Origin: a virus
Virus record (IMG/VR): IMGVR_UViG_3300045988_123588
Reading direction: 5' to 3' (one strand)
DNA length: 64,000 bases
Shown: piece after piece, positions 1-8,434 of the stretch
Layout: the number at the start of each line of letters is the position of its first letter
Numbering within the stretch: position 1 is the first letter of the stretch
The notes under the pieces: model-generated
The model's database searches: none
What the model was told of the DNA's origin: nothing
Seen by the model: only the letters and a program-made list of their open reading frames with translations
Translations under genes and position numbers: made by a program

Positions 1-129
1 ACCGACGGTACACTGGATGACAGTGGCATATATCCCAACTATAGCCCGTCGGCATCAAATGCCGAGACTCCTTTCCTGGCCATCAATACGGCAGAGGTTG
101 GTGAACTGGTACGAATCCTCGTAAAATAA
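1..129 (+). CDS. C-terminal fragment of an upstream gene cut by the window edge; function unknown
   Basis: The frame is open from base 1 to TAA at 127-129 (...GELVRILVK*). Its G/C3-rich codon style matches the next gene. Confidence 0.4.
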   Translation, partial: TDGTLDDSGIYPNYSPSASNAETPFLAINTAEVGELVRILVK

Positions 130-150
130 CAAAAAAAAAACATTTATAAC

Positions 151-1260
151 ATGGCAGAAAAAACTCTCACTCGGGACCAGTACTTAAAGGAGCTTCCCGA
201 AATCGTAAAGAACATGGACGGCTTCCGACAGGGAGGCAACAAGAATCTCCCGGTAGACATTCATCTGGGTGATATGCTCCAGGAGAAATATGGCATTACC
301 AAGGAGGATTACTTCAAAGCCGTTGGATTCAATCCCAAAGTCGACACGATGGAGAACATCTACTCGATGCCGAATCCCGAACTGCGCTGGCTCGTGCCGG
401 AGATCGTCCGTGAGGCAATCTACCTGGGTATGCGAGAAGCCCCGTTCTATCCCAACATCATCGCTTCTGACCAGCCTATCAACGGGCTGACCGCAATCAT
501 GCCGCTCGTCAACATGTCCGACGCCAACCCTGCTCGGGTGAACGAGGCCGAGACCATTCCTCTGGGTACCGTATCCTTCGGCCAGAAGTCGGTCAACCTC
601 TTCAAAATCGGCAAAGGTTTCAAGGTTACCGACGAGGTACGAAGCTACGTATCGATGGACGTAATGGCAATCTTCCTCCGTGACTTCGGCGTTCAGCTGG
701 GTTATGCAATGGATGCTCTGGCCATGGATGTCCTCGTAAAGGGCAACAAGCTGGACGGTTCCGAGTCGGCTCCGGTTATCGGCGTAGGCGACACCACAAA
801 GGGAATCCAGTATCGTGACCTCCTCCGGGTATGGATTCGAGCATCACGCCTCGGTCGTCAGTTCCGTACCATCATCGGTGGTGAAGAGCAGGCACTCGAC
901 CTTCTCGACCTCCCCGAGTTCAAACTGCGTTCGTCGGGTACTACCGATGCCCGTCTGAACCTGAAGACTCCGGTTCCCAACTCGGCAGACTTCTACATCC
1001 ATGGTGGTACTCCGGCAGACGAGGTAATGCTCGTAGACCCGGCAGCAGCCATGATAAAGCTGACTGCAAAACAGCTGATGCTGGAGTCGGAACGTATCGT
1101 TTCGAATCAGACCGAGGCTATCTATGCTTCGCTGACGACGGGCTTCTCGAAGATGTACCAGGATGCTTCAATCCTCATCGATGCGACGAAGGATTTCGCT
1201 ACCAACGGATTCCCCGACTACATGGACGTCGACAAGTACCTGACCGGTATAATCGAGTAA
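151..1260 (+). CDS. Major capsid protein candidate
   Basis: 369 aa with an ATGGCA start. Third-position G/C codon bias is shared with the sheath and other presumably abundant proteins. A GC-rich hairpin follows at 1280-1302, and this is the first gene of a head-neck-tail order. The call is positional; I cannot verify a diagnostic motif by eye. Confidence 0.55.
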   Translation: MAEKTLTRDQYLKELPEIVKNMDGFRQGGNKNLPVDIHLGDMLQEKYGITKEDYFKAVGFNPKVDTMENIYSMPNPELRWLVPEIVREAIYLGMREAPFYPNIIASDQPINGLTAIMPLVNMSDANPARVNEAETIPLGTVSFGQKSVNLFKIGKGFKVTDEVRSYVSMDVMAIFLRDFGVQLGYAMDALAMDVLVKGNKLDGSESAPVIGVGDTTKGIQYRDLLRVWIRASRLGRQFRTIIGGEEQALDLLDLPEFKLRSSGTTDARLNLKTPVPNSADFYIHGGTPADEVMLVDPAAAMIKLTAKQLMLESERIVSNQTEAIYASLTTGFSKMYQDASILIDATKDFATNGFPDYMDVDKYLTGIIE

Positions 1261-1279
1261 CACCCAACAACTCAAATCT

Positions 1280-1310
1280 GGGGGCGGCTTAATACCGCCC
1301 CCTTAACTAA
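1280..1310 (+). terminator. GC-rich hairpin after the capsid gene (intrinsic terminator or attenuator)
   Basis: Stem gggggcgg (1280-1287) pairs with ccgccccc (1295-1302) around a 7-nt loop. The downstream T tract is weak. Confidence 0.55.
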
Positions 1311-1317
1311 TTTAACT

Positions 1318-1743
1318 ATGGCAAGTAAACGATATGTAAAACTGAGTCCTAAGGCAAGTATATTCTATGACCAGGCCTCAAAGATTAAGGTTCTCCGCAA
1401 AGAAGTTGTGGAATTAACCGACAAGCAGTTTAATCTGCGAGTTATCAAAGCAGCTCTGGCAAACGGATATCTTATCGAGGCAAAGGCCGAGGAATTTAAG
1501 GCACCAGGCCCGAAAGAAAGCTCACCTGCTCCAAAGAAGGAGGTTGACCTGGAAGTAGTTCGGAAGAAGTTCGATGAACTCATGGAAGCTGAGGAAGCTC
1601 CAGAGAAAATCAAAGAACAGTTCAATACCGAAGAACTGAAGGCTTTAGCTATCTCTTTGGAGATTGAGCCGGAGGATGGTGACACCAAGCTTGACTTGGT
1701 AAATGCTATCCTCGATGAGCTGAAGGACGAAGACGACGAGTAA
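1318..1743 (+). CDS. Charged head-associated protein with a C-terminal HeH/Rho_N-like motif (scaffold or decoration candidate)
   Basis: 141 aa with an ATGGCA start and an acidic tail. The motif is EELKALAISLEIEPEDGDTKLDLVNAILDEL. It lies immediately after the capsid gene. Confidence 0.4.
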   Translation: MASKRYVKLSPKASIFYDQASKIKVLRKEVVELTDKQFNLRVIKAALANGYLIEAKAEEFKAPGPKESSPAPKKEVDLEVVRKKFDELMEAEEAPEKIKEQFNTEELKALAISLEIEPEDGDTKLDLVNAILDELKDEDDE

Positions 1744-1746
1744 ACT

Positions 1747-2610
1747 ATGAAAGAGGTAGATTTTTTATCTACCGTAGTTGGACTCAATGCAAGGTTTAGG
1801 GGATTCGCTGATGAACTACCCCACGACTTCACAGTAACATGGGTATTTGGTGATGGGAAGACAGAATCACACGTTGGTGTGGTAACTGCTTCCCATCTTT
1901 ATGAAGCTTCTGGTGACTACGTGGTCAAGATGACCATAACTAACAATGTCGGAGGAGTTGCATTATCTAAGACTCAGGTTATTGGGGTTAGTGAAGAGGT
2001 AAAGACCCAGTTGCCTGGCAGTATCTATGAGCTGATAGACACTTATATCCCAGAGGATATCTTCGGTAAGCTTACGCTTAAAGAGAAGCAACAGTTTATT
2101 GAAAAATGGCAGCTGTATATTCAGCCGCTAGTAAATCACGAAGTACCCATAGAGGAATTTAATAATGAGTTGTATTACGAAGCTCTAGAAAACCAGCTAA
2201 TTATGGAATTGGCAGCCTATGATTACATGGTAGTGCAGATTTCATTGATGGTTGGTGCCACTGCAGAATCAGTTAAAGAGAGTAACTCATCCTCTACATC
2301 CGAATCCGAGTCTTCAGAGTCAAGCCGAGGTTCAGGTGAGGTTAAGCGAATCCAAACAGGTCCAACTGAGGTAGAATTCTTCAACGATACAGACTCTGAA
2401 TCTAAAACCTCATCTAACGTCATAAAGGCAATGCAACCAGGTGGAATCATTGATATTCTAAAACAAAACCTGTGTATGCTTGCTGAAAGACTTTCCATCT
2501 ACCTACCTATTTGCCGAACAGTGAAGAAGGTAGTAGTTCCTAAAGTAGTCAACCACCGGAGGCCAGGACCATTAGATGGCCCAGACCCAGGCTTCCCTGT
2601 AAAGAAATAG
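1747..2610 (+). CDS. PKD (Ig-like) domain structural protein
   Basis: The N-terminal segment FTVTWVFGDGKTESHVGVVTASHLYEASGDYVVKMTITNNVGG fits the PKD signature W.FGDG...H.Y...G.Y.V. The protein also has a Ser/Glu-rich linker. Confidence 0.6.
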   Translation: MKEVDFLSTVVGLNARFRGFADELPHDFTVTWVFGDGKTESHVGVVTASHLYEASGDYVVKMTITNNVGGVALSKTQVIGVSEEVKTQLPGSIYELIDTYIPEDIFGKLTLKEKQQFIEKWQLYIQPLVNHEVPIEEFNNELYYEALENQLIMELAAYDYMVVQISLMVGATAESVKESNSSSTSESESSESSRGSGEVKRIQTGPTEVEFFNDTDSESKTSSNVIKAMQPGGIIDILKQNLCMLAERLSIYLPICRTVKKVVVPKVVNHRRPGPLDGPDPGFPVKK

Positions 2611-2613
2611 GGT

Positions 2614-3210
2614 ATGGCACGGAGGAAAAGAATTACAAAAGGAGTATGGGACAGATACAAGGCCATTGTAAATGACTTTGTTGAAGTAGATGCAGGTAAA
2701 CAACCTCTAATCTGGTTAAAGAGATTTGACCAGATTCTGTCTTACGGTGAAGATACTGGTAATAACTATGAACCGTACTTCCTGGACGGATTGATTCAGT
2801 ACAACTTCATAAGAACTTGGCCTTCATTAAAAGAAACCGTTTCAGGTGAACTAGACGGTATCAATATTGTGTTATATGTAACTAAGAGGTCACTTGAAGA
2901 GAATGGACATTTAACCAAAGAAGGTTATTGGAACTTTGACTGGGCACAGGACAAGTTCGTAATCAATGGTAAGGTATATTCTCCTACGGGTGATACTCAA
3001 GTTGCTCAGGCACATGATGAAGCTTTGTTATTTTTTGTAGTACTGAAGAGAGAGACTCCAGAAGAAACCAAAAAGATACTCTCCTATATGGAGAACATCG
3101 ATAAGTACGTGGAGTTAACTAAGTACATCCTTGAGTTAAGCGAAATGAATAACTATGAGGATGAAACTACCGTTAAGACTAACACTACCTTCAAGGTTAA
3201 ACCCCAATAA
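2614..3210 (+). CDS. Hypothetical head/neck module protein
   Basis: 198 aa with an ATGGCA start, tightly packed in the structural operon. Confidence 0.5.
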   Translation: MARRKRITKGVWDRYKAIVNDFVEVDAGKQPLIWLKRFDQILSYGEDTGNNYEPYFLDGLIQYNFIRTWPSLKETVSGELDGINIVLYVTKRSLEENGHLTKEGYWNFDWAQDKFVINGKVYSPTGDTQVAQAHDEALLFFVVLKRETPEETKKILSYMENIDKYVELTKYILELSEMNNYEDETTVKTNTTFKVKPQ

Positions 3211-3215
3211 AAAAA

Positions 3216-3848
3216 ATGGCCGAAGTAAAACAGAACGGTGTAGTTGTCAACCCATCAACAGGTTCGGGTGATACCACTCTTCAGGTAAAAGCTGAAGTTG
3301 CCAATCGTGGTAACCGTGTAGCCCAGTCTGCTACTTTCGAAGTAGAGGCAGCTGGTGTGGCAGAAAAGAAACAGTTTGTGGCAAATCACGTACCCGCAGC
3401 TGAGTTTATCGAGTTCGATAACAGTAGTCCCGCAGTGGACAAAGGAGGAGGTGCAATAACCCTTACCGGTAAGTCGAACACATCGAAGATAACCTTTAGC
3501 AAGGGTGCTGGTGATATCATTGCTGCCGATATTTCTGCAATCCAGTTCCAGGCAAACGGTTCTAATGCCACTTCAGGTACAGCTATCACTGGTGACCCTG
3601 GTGCAAAGGCAAAGTATGTATTTAGTCTTACTTTGACTGCAACAGCGAACGAAACCATCGAAGCTCGTACACAGCAGATTATTGCAACGGCAAACGGTGG
3701 TCAGAAGGCAACGGCAACACTGAACCAGACGGCTGGTGACCCATTCATCGAAGTTACACCGACCACAATCGATGTACCTCAGGATGGTTCGGCAGTACAG
3801 GTTACGGTGGACACCAATACGACATTTACGGTTACTCCCAAAGCATAG
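3216..3848 (+). CDS. Repeated Ig-like/BACON-like surface (decoration) protein candidate
   Basis: All-beta low-complexity repeats: GSGDTTLQVKAEVANRGNRVAQSATFEV and TIDVPQDGSAVQVTVDTNTTFTVTP. Codon usage is G/C3-rich and a hairpin follows at 3865-3892. Confidence 0.5.
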   Translation: MAEVKQNGVVVNPSTGSGDTTLQVKAEVANRGNRVAQSATFEVEAAGVAEKKQFVANHVPAAEFIEFDNSSPAVDKGGGAITLTGKSNTSKITFSKGAGDIIAADISAIQFQANGSNATSGTAITGDPGAKAKYVFSLTLTATANETIEARTQQIIATANGGQKATATLNQTAGDPFIEVTPTTIDVPQDGSAVQVTVDTNTTFTVTPKA

Positions 3849-3864
3849 GACTGAGGGATTTTGG

Positions 3865-3892
3865 TATAGAGGGGTGGGATATCCCCTCTATA
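3865..3892 (+). terminator. Perfect 10-bp hairpin after the Ig-like gene (terminator or RNA stabiliser)
   Basis: tatagagggg (3865-3874) pairs with cccctctata (3883-3892). There is no clear T tract. Confidence 0.4.
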
Positions 3893-3915
3893 TCACTAAA
3901 TTTAATACTTAATGT

Positions 3916-4284
3916 ATGGCAAAAGTTACTATACCCTGGGATGACGGTTCTGGTGACAACTTTTACATTGATTACACTGGGATAGGAGGAAGTTCTGAAT
4001 CCCTGATAACTTCAGACACTAATCTTACTGGAGTAGAGAGAAGGAAGACTTTGGTATTCAGGACTACAACCGCTGCAGTAACAACTGCCCAACAAGCCGA
4101 GGCTTATCTTACCGTAGTTCAGATGACTGATAGTTTAATTGTAGCTACTTTCTCCAACATAGTATCTATATATGATGACCAGAAAGCTGGATATAAACAG
4201 CAAGAGGTATCATACCTTAGACATCAATTAGAGGGCTACGTAAAAACTTCAGAAGACGAGAAAATACAATTAAAAGAGGAATAA
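3916..4284 (+). CDS. Small BACON-like/Ig-like structural protein
   Basis: 122 aa. VTIPWDDGSGDNFYIDYTG...NLTGVERRKTLVFRTT has the same G.G....N.tg.eR...l.f pattern as 3216..3848. Confidence 0.4.
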   Translation: MAKVTIPWDDGSGDNFYIDYTGIGGSSESLITSDTNLTGVERRKTLVFRTTTAAVTTAQQAEAYLTVVQMTDSLIVATFSNIVSIYDDQKAGYKQQEVSYLRHQLEGYVKTSEDEKIQLKEE

Positions 4285-4287
4285 GAT

Positions 4288-5412
4288 ATGGCAGAATTTC
4301 ATGAGATTGGTAGTTCTCAGTTTACTGAGGTAACTCCCACCGGTAACGAACAGATTCAGATATCAGCCACACAGAAAACTACCTTGCAGAAGATAGCCGA
4401 CCTCTTCAAAGGCCAGGCTGACCCAAACAGTTTAGCAATAAAGGATTTTAACGATTCTACCCCTTTTTCTGACGGTACTCAAAATACTAAGGTAAAGTTC
4501 TTTGTGGCTAATGCTGCTACTGTATTAAATGGACCATCCAATACAGGCATAACTTCCGGTAGTTATTATGGTATAGCCATAGCCACGGGTTTAATGCCTA
4601 CTATTGGACGAGTAGAATATTTACTATGGGTTCAGGGTAAGAAAACCTTATTCCGTGGATATAAGGTATATTTATCTGGTAATATAGTGGCCGATAGTTC
4701 TGGTTGGGAAGAGGTAAGCGGCAGTGGAAGCCTATCAGACTTTATCCCTATAACATCGATGCCAAACACTGGTTTTGGTGGTTTAGAGATAACAACATCT
4801 GATACAATATCCACAGCTATATCAAAAATATCATACTTATTAGGGAATAATAGGGTAAAAGTACTCGGCAACGGTATTGACTACCCATACAATATTGGTA
4901 TGATAGTAGCCACCGATAACGGTAATTTCAATGGATTCGTGTTAGATACAGGAGATACTAACAATCTCTACATGTGTTATGCCATATCACCGTCAAATAT
5001 ACAGGGCCTGTCAGATGAGTCAATAGTTGACTGGATTAGTGAAAACTACGATAGTTCGTATAATCTAACCATGTTGAACAACTCATATGGTAGAGCAGCT
5101 AATTTTATGAATATACAGTCTGCTGCTATATCTATGGGAGGAGCTTACTGTGTATACTACACTGGCACAAACAAATCTCCAACGGTGACTTTATTATCCA
5201 GTATTTGGTCCAAAGAAGCTTACTTCGCAACACTTGTAGTGGATTATGATGTAAACCCCACATTCAGTAAACAATCATCTTCAGATGTGATACACATGCA
5301 TCAGAATGCCAGCGAGGTAGCTCCTACATCGGGTAAAAAAGTATACTCTATATTTTGCCAGATAGTAAGTAATGTAAGACACTTCTTCATTAACGTAGCT
5401 CCATATAACTAA
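4288..5412 (+). CDS. Hypothetical structural protein
   Basis: 374 aa with an ATGGCA start, in the structural operon. No motif recognised. Confidence 0.5.
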   Translation: MAEFHEIGSSQFTEVTPTGNEQIQISATQKTTLQKIADLFKGQADPNSLAIKDFNDSTPFSDGTQNTKVKFFVANAATVLNGPSNTGITSGSYYGIAIATGLMPTIGRVEYLLWVQGKKTLFRGYKVYLSGNIVADSSGWEEVSGSGSLSDFIPITSMPNTGFGGLEITTSDTISTAISKISYLLGNNRVKVLGNGIDYPYNIGMIVATDNGNFNGFVLDTGDTNNLYMCYAISPSNIQGLSDESIVDWISENYDSSYNLTMLNNSYGRAANFMNIQSAAISMGGAYCVYYTGTNKSPTVTLLSSIWSKEAYFATLVVDYDVNPTFSKQSSSDVIHMHQNASEVAPTSGKKVYSIFCQIVSNVRHFFINVAPYN

Positions 5413-5424
5413 ACTACATAATAT

Positions 5425-5622
5425 ATGAAAATCTCAAAACTTGGCTGGTTGTATATAGGCCTGCTTATCGCATCGGTAATCATTTTCTCTTGTATATGGA
5501 GATGGCTGGATAATGGGTTGGTAGCATTCCTGCTCATCATATACCCGATAGTGTATTTCATTGCCGGGTATTTTGCACACTATCTCAAGATAAAAGCAAA
5601 GGCTGACGCAAAAGAGAAATAG
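5425..5622 (+). CDS. Small membrane protein with two predicted TM helices
   Basis: Hydrophobic segments are LGWLYIGLLIASVIIFSCIW and LVAFLLIIYPIVYFIAGYF. Codon usage is AT-rich, unlike the flanking structural genes. Confidence 0.55.
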   Translation: MKISKLGWLYIGLLIASVIIFSCIWRWLDNGLVAFLLIIYPIVYFIAGYFAHYLKIKAKADAKEK

Positions 5623-5625
5623 GCA

Positions 5626-6138
5626 ATGTCCAGTATCTTAAAAGAACATTCCCATAAAACTAAGTTGGGTAAGTTCTTGCATACTCTGGTACATATCCTT
5701 TTGTACATTTGGCAATTACCTCAAAACCTTGCCGGACTTATATACCGGATAATTTTGAAAGGTGAGAAAAGAATCCTTAAACAAAGAAGCACTGCTTTCT
5801 ATGTGGCTCCTACAATGAATGGTGGTGTAAGTTTAGGGAACTATATATTCCTTTCAAAGAGGACCGGATTAAAAGAGCCGGTATATGACCACGAGTTTGG
5901 TCATTGTATACAATCCCGAATCTTGGGTCCGTTATATCTACCAACAGTTGGCCTATGTAGTGGCTTACACTGCTTATTCCATAACAGTGCTAATAACTAC
6001 TACGACTTCTGGACAGAGAAATGGGCAAACAAACTCGGTGGAGTAAAGGGATATGCTGGTGAGTTCCATTATCATAGGGATGGTGTAATCAGAACTGCAT
6101 ATACAGAACTGAAAGCTTTTTACGATAAACATTTTTAA
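5626..6138 (+). CDS. HExxH zinc-metallopeptidase-like protein
   Basis: The motif is YDHEFGHCIQS. There is a hydrophobic N-terminal segment (LVHILLYIWQLPQNLAGLIY) and codon usage is AT-rich. Confidence 0.5.
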   Translation: MSSILKEHSHKTKLGKFLHTLVHILLYIWQLPQNLAGLIYRIILKGEKRILKQRSTAFYVAPTMNGGVSLGNYIFLSKRTGLKEPVYDHEFGHCIQSRILGPLYLPTVGLCSGLHCLFHNSANNYYDFWTEKWANKLGGVKGYAGEFHYHRDGVIRTAYTELKAFYDKHF

Positions 6139-6141
6139 CCA

Positions 6142-6708
6142 ATGGCAAGGAAGGTTAATATCACACTTCCCAAAGTATCTGACCTTGTTCTTCAGGTAAA
6201 GCTTAACGGTGAATGGCAAAGGGTAGAATCTTTAGTCAGTAACCTCGGGCCAAGTATGCAAAGGGGATATGATAAAGCCGTGAGTAAATTCTCTCAAAAC
6301 CTCCTTGCAATCGTAAAGAAGTCATTAACTTTGGGCATACCCCCTATGGGTGGTGGAGTAACTTGGCAACCTTTATCTCCAGCTACCATTGAAAGGTGGG
6401 GACAACATCCTATTTATAACCTGACTGGTCTCTATTCGAGGTCAGTTGGGTTATATAGGTATAAATCGAGGGTTCTAATTGGGTTACCTATTGGAACCAG
6501 ACGCTCTTCTCAGAAGAAGCTAACACTAAACCAACTAGCCATGATGTTGGAATTTGGTTCCAGCGATGGTAGGATTCCACCCCGTCCAGTTTGGGCACCG
6601 TCTCTAAAGGCCGCTGGTGGTAAGAATAAGCTTAAGCAACTTATCCTAACGGAGATACGTAAAGAACTTCAAAAGTATGGTGTAAGACCCAATCAAGTAA
6701 AATGGTAA
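6142..6708 (+). CDS. HK97 gp10-like head-tail connector / tail completion protein
   Basis: LAMMLEFGSSDGRIPPRPVWAPS resembles the gp10-family signature (leyGt....ppRPf). The gene lies between the head and tail modules. Confidence 0.45.
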   Translation: MARKVNITLPKVSDLVLQVKLNGEWQRVESLVSNLGPSMQRGYDKAVSKFSQNLLAIVKKSLTLGIPPMGGGVTWQPLSPATIERWGQHPIYNLTGLYSRSVGLYRYKSRVLIGLPIGTRRSSQKKLTLNQLAMMLEFGSSDGRIPPRPVWAPSLKAAGGKNKLKQLILTEIRKELQKYGVRPNQVKW

Positions 6709-7487
6709 ATTCTCAGGAAATTATAGAGAGGTCCATATATGTGGCTCTATTAAACATAGCCATCAAGTTGGGCTACACTATAAACCCAGAAGACTATCTT
6801 CCAACCAGTGCAGTAAATGCTGAACGGTTTAAGGAAGACCTAAAAAGAATTACTGACGAAAAGGGTTTCTACGTCAGTATATTCGGAGTAGGTAATAACC
6901 ACTCTAAGGGTATAAAAGAAACCCCTCGTATAGTAGTTGATTCCGAAGGATTTTATCCTGGAGATATTGGACTACCGAGACAAATCATCGAGAAAGAAGA
7001 GGGCATAGGTTATACAGCAACAGAAGTACCCTATGAAACCCTATCACAATACATGAACATAAGACTGTGTGCTCACTCTGCAGAACACATGAGATTGTTG
7101 CATCAAATTATGTTCTGGGCAATTCCTCAAATAGGGTACTTAAAACCTTACGATGAACCCAAGTTCTTATTTACTGGAAACATATTCCTCCGGATAGTTA
7201 ATTTTTATAACATGCCGGATTTGGATAATGGGTTGATGGAAAAGGTATACCAATTTGAAGTACAGGATTGCCTCTTAGAGGGTAACACTCCTCCAGAGGT
7301 AATTACTCCTATAAAAGATATTTCTGTACTTCTAGAGAATGCCGATTACACTCTGAAGGTTCCCAAGGAGCCTGACCCACCGATACCTCCCATCGACCAT
7401 GGTTCTTACTTGAGGGTACGTGGAGGTGGCTTCTTTAGAACCAAAGACAACCAAAGAATAAAGTTATCAGAAGATGGCAGAACTTGA
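6702..7487 (+). CDS. Hypothetical neck/tail-terminator region protein
   Basis: 261 aa, with overlapping starts and stops with its neighbours. Confidence 0.45.
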   Translation: MVNSQEIIERSIYVALLNIAIKLGYTINPEDYLPTSAVNAERFKEDLKRITDEKGFYVSIFGVGNNHSKGIKETPRIVVDSEGFYPGDIGLPRQIIEKEEGIGYTATEVPYETLSQYMNIRLCAHSAEHMRLLHQIMFWAIPQIGYLKPYDEPKFLFTGNIFLRIVNFYNMPDLDNGLMEKVYQFEVQDCLLEGNTPPEVITPIKDISVLLENADYTLKVPKEPDPPIPPIDHGSYLRVRGGGFFRTKDNQRIKLSEDGRT

Positions 7488-8247
7488 TTTCATCTCCAAA
7501 TATACAGGTTTACAAATCGAAGAAATACTTGACTACGCATACAGGAATCAATACAAAGTAAGTTTGGACATTGTAGCAGAACCTAAAACTACTGCTACCG
7601 GCCCTATTCACTATGATGGTGGAACACCTTATGTAAAGATATCTGGATTACCGTCAGATATACCTGTTGAACAGATAAAAATAAAACTATTCCGAAGAGG
7701 AGTATTCCACAGAGGATATAGAAGAGAAGGTCCCAGTGGACATGTAATCGAGAATTTCAAAAGCAGTGGATGGATTCATCCCAGACATGGAGATACATTA
7801 GTTAAACAGGCTGGAAGTTTCATACCTCCATACCGGGCTGGAGAAAACAAAGAACGGAGGATTATCCTATCAGAATTTATTCCGGCTAGCCCAACATGTG
7901 GTATGATAAAGCCATACCCTCATACTAATATATTAGACAATAACTTCTTGAACTATTGGTCATATATCCTTGGAGGATATGGAGAGGTAGATTTTACTCT
8001 TGATGGTAGTCAAATAGGCTTAATATACCATATAGGAAAGTACAGATGGTCAAAGGGAGTAACTTTTCTAAAGGGTCGTGATAAATGTGTTTTTAGTAAA
8101 CCTTTAAGAGGCAGGTTTGCAATGGCGGTATTTTATCAAGAGACTCAAATATCCCCAATGATTCCGTTTGACGTATCCATAGGTATAAATAGTAGAGAGA
8201 ACGACAAGGATTTAGTTAACACTAAAATCTCCATAAACTTGATATAA
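7474..8247 (+). CDS. Hypothetical neck/tail-terminator region protein
   Basis: 257 aa with an ATGGCA start. This is the last gene before the sheath leader region. Confidence 0.45.
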   Translation: MAELDFISKYTGLQIEEILDYAYRNQYKVSLDIVAEPKTTATGPIHYDGGTPYVKISGLPSDIPVEQIKIKLFRRGVFHRGYRREGPSGHVIENFKSSGWIHPRHGDTLVKQAGSFIPPYRAGENKERRIILSEFIPASPTCGMIKPYPHTNILDNNFLNYWSYILGGYGEVDFTLDGSQIGLIYHIGKYRWSKGVTFLKGRDKCVFSKPLRGRFAMAVFYQETQISPMIPFDVSIGINSRENDKDLVNTKISINLI

Positions 8248-8255
8248 GTACTATA

Positions 8256-8263
8256 TAAATTTG
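8256..8263 (+). promoter_or_regulatory. Bacteroidota-type -7 box (TAAATTTG) facing the repeat leader
   Basis: Exact match to TAnnTTTG, 9 nt after the stop of 7474..8247. There is no clean -33 TTTG at a 19-21 nt spacing. Confidence 0.35.
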
Positions 8264-8359
8264 GGCACTAAGTTATAGTTAGGACATAAGTCATAGCTTA
8301 ATCTCTCGGACATAAGTCATAGCTTAATCTCTCGGACATAAGTCAGGGAGTAATCTTAA
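8264..8359 (+). repeat. Tandem 26-bp direct repeat: two perfect copies flanked by two degenerate copies
   Basis: ggacataagtcatagcttaatctctc occurs at 8282-8307 and again at 8308-8333. The degenerate copies are ggcactaagttatagtta (8264-8281) and ggacataagtcagggagtaatcttaag (8334-8360). Confidence 0.9.
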
Positions 8360-8371
8360 GGCCCACACATA

Positions 8372-8407
8372 CCACCTTCACTATTACGTGGAGGTGGCTT
8401 CTTTTTT
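8372..8407 (+). terminator. Intrinsic terminator immediately upstream of the sheath gene
   Basis: A 10-bp stem ccaccttcac/gtggaggtgg (one G-U pair) closes a 6-nt loop and is followed by cttctttttt. Confidence 0.75.
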
Positions 8408-8434
8408 ACTATCATAACCTTAATCAATAATTAT

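Noticed and set aside
269-490. Nested or antisense ORFs inside long genes (for example 269..490, 1365..1832, 9264..9623, 9844..10080, 13415..13675, 39510..39752, 47648..47899)
   Set aside because: They are fully contained in longer ORFs that have recognisable motifs or module context. They lack start contexts and have odd composition, so they are most likely non-coding.
8264-8359. Possible CRISPR-like mini-array
   Set aside because: The 26-bp units are directly abutting with no spacers, only two copies are perfect, and there are no cas genes in the window. It is a tandem repeat, not a CRISPR array.
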